This document shows, in pieces, positions 37,895-49,720 of a DNA stretch of 52,757 nucleotides (position 1 is its first letter; each line of letters begins with the position of its first letter). The notes below the pieces were generated by a model, which was not told the DNA's origin, made no database searches, and saw nothing but the letters and a program-made list of their open reading frames with translations. This DNA is from Candidatus Rokubacteria bacterium GWA2_70_23 (GTDB taxonomy: Bacteria; Methylomirabilota; Methylomirabilia; Rokubacteriales; CSP1-6): positions 186 through 52,942 of the forward strand of contig MGBT01000190.1 in assembly GCA_001788395.1 (NCBI GenBank), given 5' to 3'. Both the position numbers and the translations under genes were made by a program.

Positions 37895-39493
37895 TCAGGC
37901 CGGGGTGAGCACCCGGCCGGCCGGGACGGCGTTGAAGCGGGGCCCGTCCACCACCACCTGCCCGTTCACCACGACATAGGGGATGCCGGTCGGGTGGCGA
38001 TGGGGATCGGGGTAGGTCGCCTCGTCCCGGACGGTCGCCGGGTCGAAGAGCGTCAGGTCGGCAGCGAAGCCCTTGCGCACGAGGCCGCGGTCCTTGAAGC
38101 GGAGCTTGGCGGCCGGCATGCCGGTCATCTTGTGCACCGCCGTCTCCCAGGAGAAGAGCCGCTGCTCGCGGCAGTAGCGGCCGAGCACCCGCGGGAAGGT
38201 CCCGTACATGCGTGGGTGGGGCTTGCCGGGATGGGGCCCCGGCCCCGCGGAGAGACCCAGCGAGTCGGATCCCACCATGACGTGCGGGTGGCCGAGGGCC
38301 TTCGCGACGTTGTCCTCGCTCTGGGAGAAGAGCACCATGGACACGCTCGCCCGCTCCGAGAGGATCAGGTCGAACATCGCCTCGGCCGGAGGCTTGCCGC
38401 TCTGCCGCGCCAGGGCCGCGAGGCTCATCCCCTCGATCTCCGGGCGCGAGCAGGTGGCGATCACGATCTCGTCCCAGCCCGTCGCTCCGGAGAGCGTGAG
38501 CCAGCGCTCGCCGTCCACCAGGCACTCCTCCATGGCGCGCCGCCGGGCTTCGGAATCGGCGAGGCGCCCGAGCAGGCGGGGGATGCCGCCATCGTGCATC
38601 CAGCTTGGCATCAGATTGTCCATCTTCGTGCTGCCGGCGGTATAGGGATAGACGTCGGCCGTGACCTCGACGCCGCGGGCGCGGGCCTCGTCCACGAGGC
38701 GCAGAGCGCGCTCCATCCGGCCCCAGTTCTCCCGGCCGGCCGCCTTGATGTGCGCGATCTGCACCGGCACCCCACCCTCCTCGCCGATCCGGATCGCCTC
38801 GGCGATGGCATCCTCCAGCATCGCCGCCTCGCCACGGATGTGGGAGAAGTAGAGACCGCCACGCCGGGCCATGCTGCGCGCCAGCGCGATCAATTCCTCG
38901 GTGAACGCGTAGAGGCTCGGCGGGTAGACGAGCCCCGTGGAGAAGCCGAAGGCCCCGGCCTCGAGCGCCTCCGCGAGATACCGCTCCATGGCCGCATGCT
39001 CGGCCGCGGTGGGCGGCCGGTTGTCGGGCCCGACCGTGGCGAGCCGCAGCGCGCCCTGCCCCACGAACTGGACGATGTTGACCGAGGGGCCGAGGCGCCG
39101 CAGGTGCTCGAGATACTGGCCGAAACTCTCCCAGGCGATCGGGAGGCGCGAGCCGATCCCACCCGCCCAGGCCTTCACCAGCTCGGCGCGTCCCGGCCCC
39201 ACGGGAGCCGGCGAGAAGGAGCACATCCCCACGACCTCGGTGGTGACGCCCTGGCGCACCTTGGACTCGGCCGAGGGGCAGGCGTGATAGAAGAGGTCGG
39301 AGTGCGAGTGGATGTCGATGAAGCCGGGCGCTACCATGAGGCCGCTGGCGTCGATGACGCGGGCCGCCGCGCCGGCGAGCCCGGGGGCGACATCGGCGAT
39401 GCGGTCACCTTCCACCGCCACATCGTTGCCTTCGCCCGGGGCGCCGCTGCCGTCCAGCACCGTGCCGTTCCGGATGAGGAGCGACCAGGCCAT
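37895..39493 (-). CDS. N-acyl-D-amino-acid deacylase (amidohydrolase)
   Basis: APGFIDIHSHSD, GFSTGLVYPP, SHIRGE, AHIKA, DVYPY, GSD and PHPRMYGTFPRVL. Confidence 0.92.
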   Translation of the reverse strand: MAWSLLIRNGTVLDGSGAPGEGNDVAVEGDRIADVAPGLAGAAARVIDASGLMVAPGFIDIHSHSDLFYHACPSAESKVRQGVTTEVVGMCSFSPAPVGPGRAELVKAWAGGIGSRLPIAWESFGQYLEHLRRLGPSVNIVQFVGQGALRLATVGPDNRPPTAAEHAAMERYLAEALEAGAFGFSTGLVYPPSLYAFTEELIALARSMARRGGLYFSHIRGEAAMLEDAIAEAIRIGEEGGVPVQIAHIKAAGRENWGRMERALRLVDEARARGVEVTADVYPYTAGSTKMDNLMPSWMHDGGIPRLLGRLADSEARRRAMEECLVDGERWLTLSGATGWDEIVIATCSRPEIEGMSLAALARQSGKPPAEAMFDLILSERASVSMVLFSQSEDNVAKALGHPHVMVGSDSLGLSAGPGPHPGKPHPRMYGTFPRVLGRYCREQRLFSWETAVHKMTGMPAAKLRFKDRGLVRKGFAADLTLFDPATVRDEATYPDPHRHPTGIPYVVVNGQVVVDGPRFNAVPAGRVLTPA

Positions 39494-39495
39494 GG

Positions 39496-40038
39496 CTACT
39501 GCCCCGCCTCGATGATCTTCACGGACTTCATCTTGTCGCCCCTCTTGATCTTGTCCACGGCGTCCATGCCCGAGGTGACGATGCCGAACACGGTGTAGTT
39601 GCCGTCGAGGAAGGGCGCCGCCGCGAGGCAGATGTAGAACTGGCTGCCGGCGGAGTCCGGGTTCTGGGAGCGCGCCATGGCCAGCGCGCCGCGGAGATGC
39701 TTCTGCTTGTTGAACTCCGCCTTGATCATGTAGCCGGGACCGCCGGTGCCGTCTCCCTTTGGATCCCCGCCCTGGACGACGAAGCCCGGCTCCACCCGGT
39801 GGAAGGTGAGCCCGTCGTAGAAGCCCTTCTTCGCCAGCGTGACGAAGTTCTCGACCGTCTTCGGCGCGTCGGCGGGAAAGAAGTCCAGCTTGATCTCGCC
39901 GCCCTTCTCCATGGTGATGACCGCTGACTGTTTTACCTTCTTGCCTCCTTGTTGGGCCTCGGCCGCGGGGAACGCCAGCCCCTGGCCCGCGAGCAGCGCA
40001 GCCGTACCCATGACGAGGGCGAGGTGTCGGAACCGCAT
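39496..40038 (-). CDS. Cyclophilin-type peptidyl-prolyl isomerase with signal peptide
   Basis: [39 protein letters not shown] and YTVFG. SD AAGGAGG. Confidence 0.94.
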   Translation of the reverse strand: MRFRHLALVMGTAALLAGQGLAFPAAEAQQGGKKVKQSAVITMEKGGEIKLDFFPADAPKTVENFVTLAKKGFYDGLTFHRVEPGFVVQGGDPKGDGTGGPGYMIKAEFNKQKHLRGALAMARSQNPDSAGSQFYICLAAAPFLDGNYTVFGIVTSGMDAVDKIKRGDKMKSVKIIEAGQ

Positions 40039-40140
40039 CGGTGGGCCTCCTTGAGAATAGGAATGCGCCATTATGCCAGAGCCGCCGAGCGTGAGCGAGC
40101 CCCGGGGCCCGGCGCGAACGATCCATGGTACAGTGCATGC

Positions 40141-41940
40141 ATGCCGCAGCGTCCTGACATCCGAAACGTCGCCATCATCGCCCACGTGGACCACGGCAAG
40201 ACCACGCTGGTGGACGCCATGCTGTGGCAGTCCGGCATCTTCCGCGCCAACGAGCACGTGGCCGAACGGGTCATGGACTCCATCGACCTCGAGCGCGAGA
40301 AGGGCATCACGATCATGGCGAAGAACACGTCCGTCCACTACCGCGACGTGAAGATCAACATCGTGGACACGCCAGGCCACGCCGACTTCGGCGGCGAGGT
40401 GGAGCGAACGCTGACCCTGGTGGACGGCGTGCTGCTCCTCGTGGACGCCGCCGAGGGACCGCTGCCCCAGACGCGCTTCGTGCTCAAGAAGGCGCTGGAG
40501 GCCGGGCTCCCCCCGATTGTCGTCATCAACAAGATCGACCGCCAGGACGCCCGCGCGGCGCAGGTGCTCGACGAGGTGTACGACCTCTTCATCGACCTGG
40601 ACGCCTCCGAGGACCAGCTGGACTTCCCCGTCCTCTACACGGATGCGCGGAAAGGCGCCGCCACCACGGACCTGCAGGAGGAGGGGAAGACCCTCGCCCC
40701 CCTCTTCGACACGCTCCTGGCCCATATCCCACCGCCGCGCTTCGAGGAGCACCATGGGCTCCAGCTCCGCGCCGCCTCGCTCGACTGGGACGACTACGTG
40801 GGCCGGCTCATCATCGGCCGGATCGTCAACGGCCGCATCCGCCAGTACGATCGGGTGGCCGTCGTCCACCGGGACGGCAGCGTGGAGCATTCCAAGGTCA
40901 CCGTGCTCTACGGCTACGAGGGGCTGAAGCGCGTGGAGGTCGCCGAGGCCTGGGCCGGCGACCTGGTCGCCGTGGCGGGCATCGAGGCCATCGAGATCGG
41001 GGAGACCATCGCGGACGCCGAGACGCCGCTGGCCCTGCCGGTGATGCACATCGACGAGCCCACCGTGTCCATGCTCTTCTCCGCCAACGTCTCGCCCTTC
41101 GCGGGGCGCGAGGGGCGCTTCGTCACCTCGACCCAGCTCCGCGACCGGCTCTGGAAGGAGCGGCGGACCAACGTGGCCATCCACGTCGACGAGACCGACT
41201 CGCCGGACACGTTCCGCCTCTCCGGCCGAGGCGAGCTCCAGCTGGCCATCATCATCGAGACGATGCGGCGCGAAGGCTTCGAGATGGAGGTGGGCAAGCC
41301 CCAGATCATCACCCGGGAGGAGCACGGGCAGACGCTCGAGCCCATGGAGTCCCTGGTGGTGGACATCCCCGAGGAGTTCATCGGCGCCGTCACCCAGAAG
41401 CTCGGCCCCCGGAAGGGCCAGATGACCAAGATGGTGAACCACGGCACCGGCCGCGTGCGCCTCGAGTACCGCATCCCCTCGCGCGGGCTCATCGGCTACC
41501 GCACCGAGTTCCTCACCGACACGCGGGGCACCGGACTCCTGAACCACCTCTTCGACGGCTACGCCCCCTGGCAGGGGGACATCCCCCACCGCGGGAACGG
41601 CGCCATGGTGTCCGACCGCGCCGGCCGGACCACCGCCTACGCCATCGACCATCTCCAGCCGCGCGGCGTCCTGTTCCTCGCGCCGGGCGAGCCGGTCTAC
41701 GAAGGCCAGGTCGTCGGCGAGAACGCCCGCGACAACGACCTCGACGTGAACATCACCAAGGAAAAGAAGCTCACCAACATGCGCGCGTCCACCTCGGACG
41801 AGGCCGCGCGGCTCACGCCGCCGCAGCTGATGAGCCTCGAGCAGTCCCTCGAGTGGATCCGCGAGGACGAGCTGCTCGAGGTCACGCCGAAGTCGCTCCG
41901 CCTCCGCAAGAAGCACCTCAGCGGCCGCCGCCGCTTCTAG
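40141..41940 (+). CDS. typA: Translational GTPase TypA/BipA
   Basis: [38 protein letters not shown] and [11 protein letters not shown]. Confidence 0.97.
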   Translation: MPQRPDIRNVAIIAHVDHGKTTLVDAMLWQSGIFRANEHVAERVMDSIDLEREKGITIMAKNTSVHYRDVKINIVDTPGHADFGGEVERTLTLVDGVLLLVDAAEGPLPQTRFVLKKALEAGLPPIVVINKIDRQDARAAQVLDEVYDLFIDLDASEDQLDFPVLYTDARKGAATTDLQEEGKTLAPLFDTLLAHIPPPRFEEHHGLQLRAASLDWDDYVGRLIIGRIVNGRIRQYDRVAVVHRDGSVEHSKVTVLYGYEGLKRVEVAEAWAGDLVAVAGIEAIEIGETIADAETPLALPVMHIDEPTVSMLFSANVSPFAGREGRFVTSTQLRDRLWKERRTNVAIHVDETDSPDTFRLSGRGELQLAIIIETMRREGFEMEVGKPQIITREEHGQTLEPMESLVVDIPEEFIGAVTQKLGPRKGQMTKMVNHGTGRVRLEYRIPSRGLIGYRTEFLTDTRGTGLLNHLFDGYAPWQGDIPHRGNGAMVSDRAGRTTAYAIDHLQPRGVLFLAPGEPVYEGQVVGENARDNDLDVNITKEKKLTNMRASTSDEAARLTPPQLMSLEQSLEWIREDELLEVTPKSLRLRKKHLSGRRRF

Positions 41941-42132
41941 CCGGGCCGCTGAAACAGGCCCATCTGCGGAGGTACGGCGCCCTCGGCCGCACGCTCAACG
42001 TGGCTCGCTCACGCTCGCCCGGACCGCCGGATCCGCTCGCCTCGCCTCCGGCTCGGCTCGCCAAGCGGAGTACGCCTCGCGTGCGGCCGTCGGGCGCCGC
42101 CTTGCATCTGGACCTTTTGGGGCGGCCTGGAG
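41937..42132 (-). mobile_element. MITE-like structured repeat, copy 3 (diverged ends, outer left TIR missing)
   Basis: Core is near-identical to the reverse complement of 14372-14562. Begins at the CTAG containing the typA stop. Confidence 0.75.
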
Positions 42133-42138
42133 CGCTGG

Positions 42139-43485
42139 TCAGCGGCCGCGGCGGGGGCCGCGCGAGGGGCCGCCGGGTCGCCCGCCGGGCGAGGCGCCGG
42201 GCCGCCCGCCGCGGGATCCGCCCGAGCGCCCCGGACCGCTGCCGACGCGGCCGCCGCGGGCCGCCATCCGCTGGCGCTTCTCCTCCGCGTAGCGGCGCCG
42301 CTCCTCGCTGGTGGGCTTGATCTCGGGCAGGTACCACTCGTCCTCGGCCCACTCGACCCGGATCTTCTCCCCGATGAACTTCTCGATGGGCTCGAGCTCG
42401 AGCGCCCCCGCCTCGTCGGCGAGGCTGATGGCCTTGCCCGCCGCGCCCGCGCGCGCCGTGCGGCCGATGCGATGGACGTAGTCCTCGGCATCCTGCGGCA
42501 GGTCCCAGTTGACGACGTGACTCACGCCCTCGATGTGGAGCCCGCGCGAGGCGACATCGGTGGCCACGAGAATGGGCAGCGTCCCGTCCTTGAAGTCGTT
42601 CAGCAGCTTGAGCCGCTTCTTCTGGTCCACGTCGCCCGTGAGCGCCCGGGCCTGCCAGCCGTTGCGGCCGAGGCGGTCCTCGAGCCGGCGGGCCTCCTCG
42701 CGCGTGTTGGCGAAGATGAGGATGCGGCTGCCGCCCTCCTGTCGCAGGAGGCCCAGCAGCAGGCTGAACTTCTCCTCGCGCCCCACGTGGTAGAGGACCT
42801 GCTCGGCGTTCTCCGCCGTCTTCTGGTGGGGCGTGATGGTGATCTGCGTGGGATTGTTCATGAACTCCCACGTCAGCTCCATCACCCGGAAGGACAGTGT
42901 CGCCGAGAAGAGAAAGGACTGCCGCTTCTCGGGCTTGGGCAGCTTCCGCAGGATGAAGCGCAGGTCGGCGATGAAGCCCATGTCGAACAGCCGGTCGGCC
43001 TCGTCGATGACGAGCACTTCCACGCGGGCCGGAGACCAGACGAGCTGCTTGAGGTAGTCGATGAGCCGGCCGGGCGTGCCCACCAGGACGTCGCACGCCT
43101 CGCCCAGCTCGTCGCGCTGCTTGGCGTAGTCGACGCCGCCGTACACCGCCAGGATGCGCAGGCCCGTGTGGGCCCCGAGGAGCTGCGCGTCGGCCCGGAT
43201 CTGCACCACCAGCTCGCGGGTGGGGGCGATGATCAGCACGCGGGGCGCCGTCGGCCCGCTGCGGGCCGGCGCCGGGTGGCGCAGGCAGCGGGTGAAGGCG
43301 GCGATCAGGAAGGCCGCGGTCTTCCCGGTGCCGGTCTGCGACTGGCCCGCCACGTCCTTGCCTTTGAGGGCCAGCGGAAGGGCGGCCTCCTGGATCGCCG
43401 TCGCGGTGACGAACCCGGCATCCCGGATGCCGCGCCGGACCGGCTCCGGCAGATCGAGAGCGGCGAGCTCGAGGGCTGTGGTCAT
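42139..43485 (-). CDS. rhlB: DEAD-box RNA helicase, RhlB-like
   Basis: DVAGQSQTGTGKT, PTREL, TPGRL, DEAD, SAT, HRIGRTAR and a Gly/Arg tail. Confidence 0.85.
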   Translation of the reverse strand: MTTALELAALDLPEPVRRGIRDAGFVTATAIQEAALPLALKGKDVAGQSQTGTGKTAAFLIAAFTRCLRHPAPARSGPTAPRVLIIAPTRELVVQIRADAQLLGAHTGLRILAVYGGVDYAKQRDELGEACDVLVGTPGRLIDYLKQLVWSPARVEVLVIDEADRLFDMGFIADLRFILRKLPKPEKRQSFLFSATLSFRVMELTWEFMNNPTQITITPHQKTAENAEQVLYHVGREEKFSLLLGLLRQEGGSRILIFANTREEARRLEDRLGRNGWQARALTGDVDQKKRLKLLNDFKDGTLPILVATDVASRGLHIEGVSHVVNWDLPQDAEDYVHRIGRTARAGAAGKAISLADEAGALELEPIEKFIGEKIRVEWAEDEWYLPEIKPTSEERRRYAEEKRQRMAARGGRVGSGPGRSGGSRGGRPGASPGGRPGGPSRGPRRGR

Positions 43486-44267
43486 GTGGCGTCCGAGGAG
43501 GCCGCGGGCGCCTCCGCCGTCTCCTGTGCGGGGACGGGCTTCTTCGCGCGCCGGCCGAAGATACGCGCCGAGATGATCCCGACTTCATACAGGACGATCA
43601 GGGGGCCGGCCATCAGCGTCTGGTTCACGGCATCGGGGGTCGGCGTGAGGATCGCCGCGATCATGAAGTTGATGAGGATGGCGTACTTGCGATTCCTCGA
43701 CAGGAACTGCGGCGTCACGACTCCGATCATGGAGAGCAGCGTGATCACCACCGGCATCTCGAAGACCAGCCCGAAGGCGAGGGTGAACTTGATGACGAAG
43801 TCCATGTAGCTCGCCACCGAGAGCAGCGGCTGCAGCCCCTGCTCCTGGCCGAAGGAGACGAGGAAGGTGGACGCGAACGGGACGACGACCAGGAGCGCGA
43901 AGGCGCCGCCCAGGAGGAAGAGGAGGGAGCCGACGATCACGAAGGGGGCGGCGTACTTGCGCTCGCGCTTGTGCAGCCCCGGCGAGACGAAGGCCCAGAC
44001 GTTCCAGAGGATCACCGGCATGGCGATGAAGAGCCCCGTGATCATCGCCACCTTCATGTAGGTCCAGAAGGCCTCGGTGGGCGTCGTGAAGACGAGCTTC
44101 ATGTGCATGGCGGCCACCGGCCGCGAGAGGAACTTCATGATGCGGTCGGTGAAGTAGAACGCGATGAGGAGCCCGATCCCCGCCGGCACGAGGCTCCAGA
44201 CGATGCGTGTCCGGAGCTCGCCCAGGTGCTCCATGAAGGACATCTTCGCGTCGTGGGTCTCGGCCAT
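43482..44267 (-). CDS. tatC: Twin-arginine translocase subunit TatC
   Basis: MSFMEHLGELRTR, FVSPGL..ER, FGLVFEMP, AAILTP.PD and LYE. Confidence 0.95.
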   Translation of the reverse strand: MAETHDAKMSFMEHLGELRTRIVWSLVPAGIGLLIAFYFTDRIMKFLSRPVAAMHMKLVFTTPTEAFWTYMKVAMITGLFIAMPVILWNVWAFVSPGLHKRERKYAAPFVIVGSLLFLLGGAFALLVVVPFASTFLVSFGQEQGLQPLLSVASYMDFVIKFTLAFGLVFEMPVVITLLSMIGVVTPQFLSRNRKYAILINFMIAAILTPTPDAVNQTLMAGPLIVLYEVGIISARIFGRRAKKPVPAQETAEAPAASSDAT

Positions 44268-45055
44268 CACCAGTCCGTGAGAAAGTGGCGGAGCTGCCCC
44301 ACGCCGCGGCCCGCCTGGAAGCCGTCCTGGATCGCCCGCGTGACGTAGGCTTTGGCGCGGCGCACGGCCTCGAGCAGCGACTGGCCGAGGGCGAGTCCGG
44401 CGACGATGGCGGCCGAGAACGTGCAGCCGGTGCCGTGGGTATTGGGGCTGTCCACGCGCGGGGCGGAAAGCTCCGTGAAGTCCCGCCCGTCCCAGAGGAG
44501 GTCCAGCGCGTCGCCCTCGAGGTGGCCGCCCTTGACGAGCACGTGTCGGGGCCCCAGCGCGTGGATGCGCCGGGCGGCCTCCTCCATTCCCTCGCGCCCC
44601 GTCACCGAGATGCCGCTCAGCGCCTCGGCCTCGGGGAGATTGGGCGTCACCACCAGCGCCAGCGGGAGGATGCGGCTGATCAGCGCCTGGCGGGCGTCGG
44701 GACGGAGGAGCGGGTCGCCGGACTTGGCGACCATGACCGGGTCCACCACCAGGTGGCGGATCGGATGCTCGGCGAGCACATCCGCCACCGCCTCGATGAT
44801 GGGCGCGGTGGACAGCATCCCGCACTTGGCGGCGTCGGCGCCGAAATCGGACAGGACGGAGCGGAGTTGCTTGGCGACGAAGGCGGGAGGCAGATTCTCG
44901 ACGCCCTGCACGCCCACCGAGTTCTGCGCGGTGACGGCCGTGATCACGGACATCCCGAAGACGCGAAAGGCGGAGAAGGTCTTGAGATCGGCCTGGATGC
45001 CCGCCCCGCCGCCCGAGTCGGACCCGGCGATGGTCAGGGCTCTGGGGATGCGCAT
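44267..45055 (-). CDS. thiD: Hydroxymethylpyrimidine/phosphomethylpyrimidine kinase
   Basis: IAGSDSGGGAGIQADLKT, VDPVM, TPNLPEA, KGGH and HGTGCT. Confidence 0.96.
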   Translation of the reverse strand: MRIPRALTIAGSDSGGGAGIQADLKTFSAFRVFGMSVITAVTAQNSVGVQGVENLPPAFVAKQLRSVLSDFGADAAKCGMLSTAPIIEAVADVLAEHPIRHLVVDPVMVAKSGDPLLRPDARQALISRILPLALVVTPNLPEAEALSGISVTGREGMEEAARRIHALGPRHVLVKGGHLEGDALDLLWDGRDFTELSAPRVDSPNTHGTGCTFSAAIVAGLALGQSLLEAVRRAKAYVTRAIQDGFQAGRGVGQLRHFLTDW

Positions 45056-45735
45056 GGCCTCTTAGTATACGGGATGATGAGGGTGAATTCCCCGCGGATG
45101 GGGCCTCCCGCGAAGCGCTCCGAGAGCGCCTGCGGCGTGCCCTCCACGATCTCTTCGAACTGCTTCGTGAGCTCCCGTGCCAGCACCATCGGCACCTCGC
45201 CGAAGACGGCGGCAACGGCCTCGAGGGAGGCGAGCAGCCGGTGGGGCGACTCGTAGCAGACCACGGTCATCTCGAGCTCGCGGAGCGCCATGAGGGAGCT
45301 GATGCGCCGCCCGGGCTTGACGGGCAGGAAGCCGGCGAAGGCGAAGCGGTCCGCGGGGACGCCGGCCGCCGAGAGCGCCGCCACGACGGCCGACGGCCCG
45401 GGCACGGGCACGACGGGAATGCCGGCCTCCCGCGCCTGCCGCACCAGGAGGAACCCGGGATCGGAGATGCCGGGCGTGCCGGCGTCCGTCACGAGCGCCA
45501 CCGATCGGCCGTCCCGGAGCGTCCGGAGGATGCGCTCGCCCTTGCTGAGCTTGTTGTGCTCGAAGTAGCTCGTCATGGCCACGTGGACGCCGAAGTGGCT
45601 CAGGAGGACGCGCGTCCGGCGCGTGTCCTCGCAGGCGACGAGATCCACTTCCTTGAGCACGCGGAGGGCGCGGAGCGTCAGGTCCTCGAGGTTCCCGATG
45701 GGGGTCGCGACGACGTAGAGGGTCCCCGCGCTCAT
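45034..45735 (-). CDS. rsmI: 16S rRNA (cytidine1402-2'-O)-methyltransferase
   Basis: LYVVATPIGNLED, ACEDTR, DAGTPGISDPG, YESPHR and RELTK..EE. Confidence 0.95.
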   Translation of the reverse strand: MSAGTLYVVATPIGNLEDLTLRALRVLKEVDLVACEDTRRTRVLLSHFGVHVAMTSYFEHNKLSKGERILRTLRDGRSVALVTDAGTPGISDPGFLLVRQAREAGIPVVPVPGPSAVVAALSAAGVPADRFAFAGFLPVKPGRRISSLMALRELEMTVVCYESPHRLLASLEAVAAVFGEVPMVLARELTKQFEEIVEGTPQALSERFAGGPIRGEFTLIIPYTKRPCASPEP

Positions 45736-45864
45736 GGGCACGCCTGTTCTCTCACGGAGTGGGCGCGCCGCGGAGGGCCTCTGTCTCCCGTGTGGAAGGG
45801 AGTGCTGATGCGTGGCCGGCCGGGGAGGGGCCCCCGGCCGGCCGAGCCCAGGAGGGTCGCCGGC

Positions 45865-46200
45865 TCAGCGCCCGCCGCGCCAGCCGCCGTGGCCGGCGCC
45901 GCCGAAGCCGCCGCCGCCCCCGCCGCGCCGCTGCCCGCCACCGCCACCGCCGGTCGGGCCCTTGGCGATCTCGACCTTGATCTGGCGGCCATCGAGCTGG
46001 GTCCCGTTCAGCCGGGACACGGCCTCGTTGGCCTCCTCGGCCGTCGCCATCTCGACGAACCCAAACCCGCGCGAGCGGCCGGTGTCCCGATCGGTCACCA
46101 CGCTCGCGGACTCGACCGACCCCACCGCGGCGAACGCCGCGCGGAGCCCGTCATTGGACGTGGAAAACGACAGCCCACCCACGAACAGCTTCACGGCCAT
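45865..46200 (-). CDS. RRM (RNP-1) RNA-binding protein with Gly-rich tail
   Basis: KLFVGGL (RNP2) and RGFGFVEM (RNP1). Confidence 0.93.
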   Translation of the reverse strand: MAVKLFVGGLSFSTSNDGLRAAFAAVGSVESASVVTDRDTGRSRGFGFVEMATAEEANEAVSRLNGTQLDGRQIKVEIAKGPTGGGGGGQRRGGGGGGFGGAGHGGWRGGR

Positions 46201-46386
46201 TGAAGTACCCCTTCCCCGGCTTCCGCACTGTGCACGGCCAGAACTCGGAAGAAGCTCGGGACGTGGCCCGGCAGCGAGGAGGGTTCCCGATGAACCGACG
46301 CGTGCTGGGCGGTGAAAGTGTACACGACTCGCGGAGCCTGTGCCCCGGACGTTTTCGCAGGGGTGCGGTGAAGCGGGCCCAGTGGG

Positions 46387-47634
46387 TCAGGCAGACTCGG
46401 CCTTCTGCTCCGATATCAGGATGGGCCGGTCCTTGTTCAGGATCGCCTCCCGGGTGACGATGCACTCCTTGAGCCCCGGGATCGACGGCAGATCGTACAT
46501 CACCTCCAGCATCACTTCCTCGAGCACGGCCCGGAGGCCGCGGGCGCCCGTGCCGCGCTTCATGGCTTCGCGGGCCACGGCGGCCACCGCGTCGTCGGTG
46601 AACTTGAGCCGCACCCGCTCCAGCTCGAAGTACTTCTGGTACTGCTTGATAATGGCGTTCCTCGGCTCCCGGAGGATGCGGATGAGCGCGGGCTCGTCCA
46701 GGTCGTGCAGCGTGGCGACCACGGGCAGGCGTCCCACGAACTCCGGGATCATCCCGAACTTGAGCAGGTCCTCGGGCTGCACCATGGCCAGGAGGTCGCC
46801 CACGCGGCGCTCGTCCCGGCTCCGCACCTCGGCCCCGAAGCCCATGCCGCTCTTGCCCACCCGGCTCTCCACGATCTTGTCCAGCCCCACGAAGGCGCCG
46901 CCGCAGAGGAAGAGCACGTTGGTCGTGTCGACCTGGATGAACTCCTGGTGCGGGTGCTTGCGCCCGCCCTGGGGCGGCACGTTGGCCACCGTGCCCTCGA
47001 GGATTTTCAGCAGCGCCTGCTGGACGCCCTCGCCCGAGACGTCGCGGGTGATGGAGGGGTTCTCCGACTTCCGCGCGATCTTGTCGATCTCGTCGATGTA
47101 GACGATGCCGCGCTGCGCCCGCTCCACGTCGTAGTCGGCCGCCTGCAGCAGCCGGAGGATGATGTTCTCCACGTCCTCGCCCACGTAGCCCGCCTCGGTG
47201 AGCGTGGTGGCATCCGCGATGGTGAAGGGGACCTTGAGCATCTTGGCGAGGGTCTGGGCCAGGAGCGTCTTGCCGGAGCCGGTGGGGCCGATCAGGAGGA
47301 TGTTGGCCTTCTGCAGCTCCACCTCGCCGACCTCGGAGCCGGCCTCGATCCGCTTGTAGTGGTTGTGGACGGCGACGGCCAAGATCTTCTTCGCGCGCTC
47401 CTGCCCCACGACGTACTGGTCGAGGAGGGCCTTGACCTCGACGGGCTTGGGGAGGCTCCGGATCTCCCGGCTCTTCTCCTCCTGCCACTCCTCCGCGATG
47501 ATGTCGTTGCAGAGCTCGATGCACTCATCGCAGATGTAGACCGTGGGGCCGGCGATCAGCTTGCGGACGTCGTTCTGGCTCTTGCCGCAGAACGAGCACT
47601 TGAGCGACCCCCCGCCCTCGCGCGCGCGGGCCAT
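46387..47634 (-). CDS. clpX: ATP-dependent Clp protease ATPase ClpX
   Basis: CSFC..CDEC zinc finger, [16 protein letters not shown] and RKH loop. Confidence 0.97.
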   Translation of the reverse strand: MARAREGGGSLKCSFCGKSQNDVRKLIAGPTVYICDECIELCNDIIAEEWQEEKSREIRSLPKPVEVKALLDQYVVGQERAKKILAVAVHNHYKRIEAGSEVGEVELQKANILLIGPTGSGKTLLAQTLAKMLKVPFTIADATTLTEAGYVGEDVENIILRLLQAADYDVERAQRGIVYIDEIDKIARKSENPSITRDVSGEGVQQALLKILEGTVANVPPQGGRKHPHQEFIQVDTTNVLFLCGGAFVGLDKIVESRVGKSGMGFGAEVRSRDERRVGDLLAMVQPEDLLKFGMIPEFVGRLPVVATLHDLDEPALIRILREPRNAIIKQYQKYFELERVRLKFTDDAVAAVAREAMKRGTGARGLRAVLEEVMLEVMYDLPSIPGLKECIVTREAILNKDRPILISEQKAESA

Positions 47635-47644
47635 GGGGCGCGCG

Positions 47645-48274
<630 letters not shown>

Positions 48275-48306
48275 CGGCCGTCTCCTTGCCATGTCGGTAG
48301 TGTACC

Positions 48307-49575
48307 TCAGGAGGTGATCTGGGCGCGCTCGATGAGGAAGTCGAGCGTCCGCGACTCGCGCAGCGAGAGCCGCAGGGTGCCCAGGTCCCCGCTCTTCTCC
48401 ATCATGCTCCGCACTGCCGCCGCCGGCCGTTGGCTGGCCTGGGCGATGCGCTCGACCTCCGCGTCCACCTCGGCGGCGCCGGGCACGAGCCCTTCCTTCT
48501 CGGCGATGGTTTCCAGCAGGAGCGCTCGGCGCACGGCGCGCTCCGCCCCCGGCCGCATCTCCTCGAGCAGCTTCGGGTAGTCCCACGGCAGCCGGTCGGG
48601 ATCCACGCCCTGCTGGCGGAGCCGCTCCCGCGTGTGCTCGATCTGGTGCCCCACCTGCCGGAGCACGAGCGCGTCGGGCACCTGGAACGCGTGCGCCGCC
48701 AGGAGCGCCTCCACCACGGCCTCCTCCAGCGTGCGCCGGTTCTCGCGGGCCCGGCGCGCCTCGAGGTCCTTCCGCAGCTCGGCCTTGAGCGCCTCCAGGG
48801 TCTCGAAGGGGCCCATGGCCTTGGCGAAGTCGTCGTCCAGCGGCGGGAGCACCTTCTCCTTCACCTCTTTCACCGTGACCGTGGCCTCCCCCGCGAGGCC
48901 GCGCAGCGCCTCGGTGCGGTGGTCATCGGGGAAGCGGATGCGCGCCTGGCGTGAGCCGCCGGGACCGAGCCCGATCACCGCCTCCTCGATCTCGGGCATC
49001 ACCGCCCCCTGGCCGAGGACGATCCCGTAATCGGTCTCTGTGCGGGGCTCCATGCCCTCGGGGGTGAGCGTGTAGTCCACGATCGCGAGATCTCCCAGGT
49101 CGGCGGCCCGCTCCACGGCGCGGTACTCGGCGTGGCGCTCCCTCACGTGGCCGAGCGCCTCCTCCACCTCGTCTTCCGCGAAGGGCTTGGGCGCGTGCTG
49201 GACGCTAAGACCCGTGTAGGTCCCGAGCGCGATGGTGGGCTTGATCTCGACGACGGCGGCGAAGGACAGCGGCGCGCCCTCCTCGAGCCGCACCTCCTGG
49301 AGATCCGGCTCCTCCACGGGCTCGATGCGCGTCTCGCTGAGCGCCTGGCGGTACACCTCGGGGATGAGATGGCGCGCCACTTCCTTCTTCACGTCATCGG
49401 CGAAGTGGATCTTGATCATGCTGCGCGGGACCTTGCCCTTGCGGAAGCCTGGCAGCCTGGCTTCCCGCTGCACAAGGGTGAAGGCCCGCTCCCACGCCTG
49501 AGTCACCACCTCCGGCGCCTCCTCCACCTGGAGGCGCCGCTTGCAGGCTCCCAGCTCCTGAATGTCAACTTTCAT
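48307..49575 (-). CDS. tig: Trigger factor
   Basis: PGFRKGKVP ribosome-binding motif, FKBP-like domain, tig-clpP-clpX synteny. Confidence 0.95.
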   Translation of the reverse strand: MKVDIQELGACKRRLQVEEAPEVVTQAWERAFTLVQREARLPGFRKGKVPRSMIKIHFADDVKKEVARHLIPEVYRQALSETRIEPVEEPDLQEVRLEEGAPLSFAAVVEIKPTIALGTYTGLSVQHAPKPFAEDEVEEALGHVRERHAEYRAVERAADLGDLAIVDYTLTPEGMEPRTETDYGIVLGQGAVMPEIEEAVIGLGPGGSRQARIRFPDDHRTEALRGLAGEATVTVKEVKEKVLPPLDDDFAKAMGPFETLEALKAELRKDLEARRARENRRTLEEAVVEALLAAHAFQVPDALVLRQVGHQIEHTRERLRQQGVDPDRLPWDYPKLLEEMRPGAERAVRRALLLETIAEKEGLVPGAAEVDAEVERIAQASQRPAAAVRSMMEKSGDLGTLRLSLRESRTLDFLIERAQITS

Positions 49576-49634
49576 CCCGACTCCTCAGATGTCATTCGCC
49601 TCGCCGCGGCCTCTCCACTCACCCTGCGTCGATC

Positions 49635-49720
49635 TGGTGCGAGAGGGGGGAGTTGAACCCCCACGGGGATGCCCCTCTGGATCCTAAGTCCAGCGCGTCT
49701 GCCAGTTCCGCCACTCTCGC
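49635..49720 (-). tRNA. tRNA-Leu (TAG)
   Basis: GCGAGAG acceptor stem, anticodon arm CTGGA-CTTAGGA-TCCAG, long variable arm, GTTCAA T-loop, encoded CCA. Upstream of tig. Confidence 0.95.

Noticed and set aside
49635-49720. tRNA-Leu as an integration site
   Set aside because: No duplicated tRNA 3' end or integrase was seen, and the tRNA-tig-clpP-clpX order is intact.
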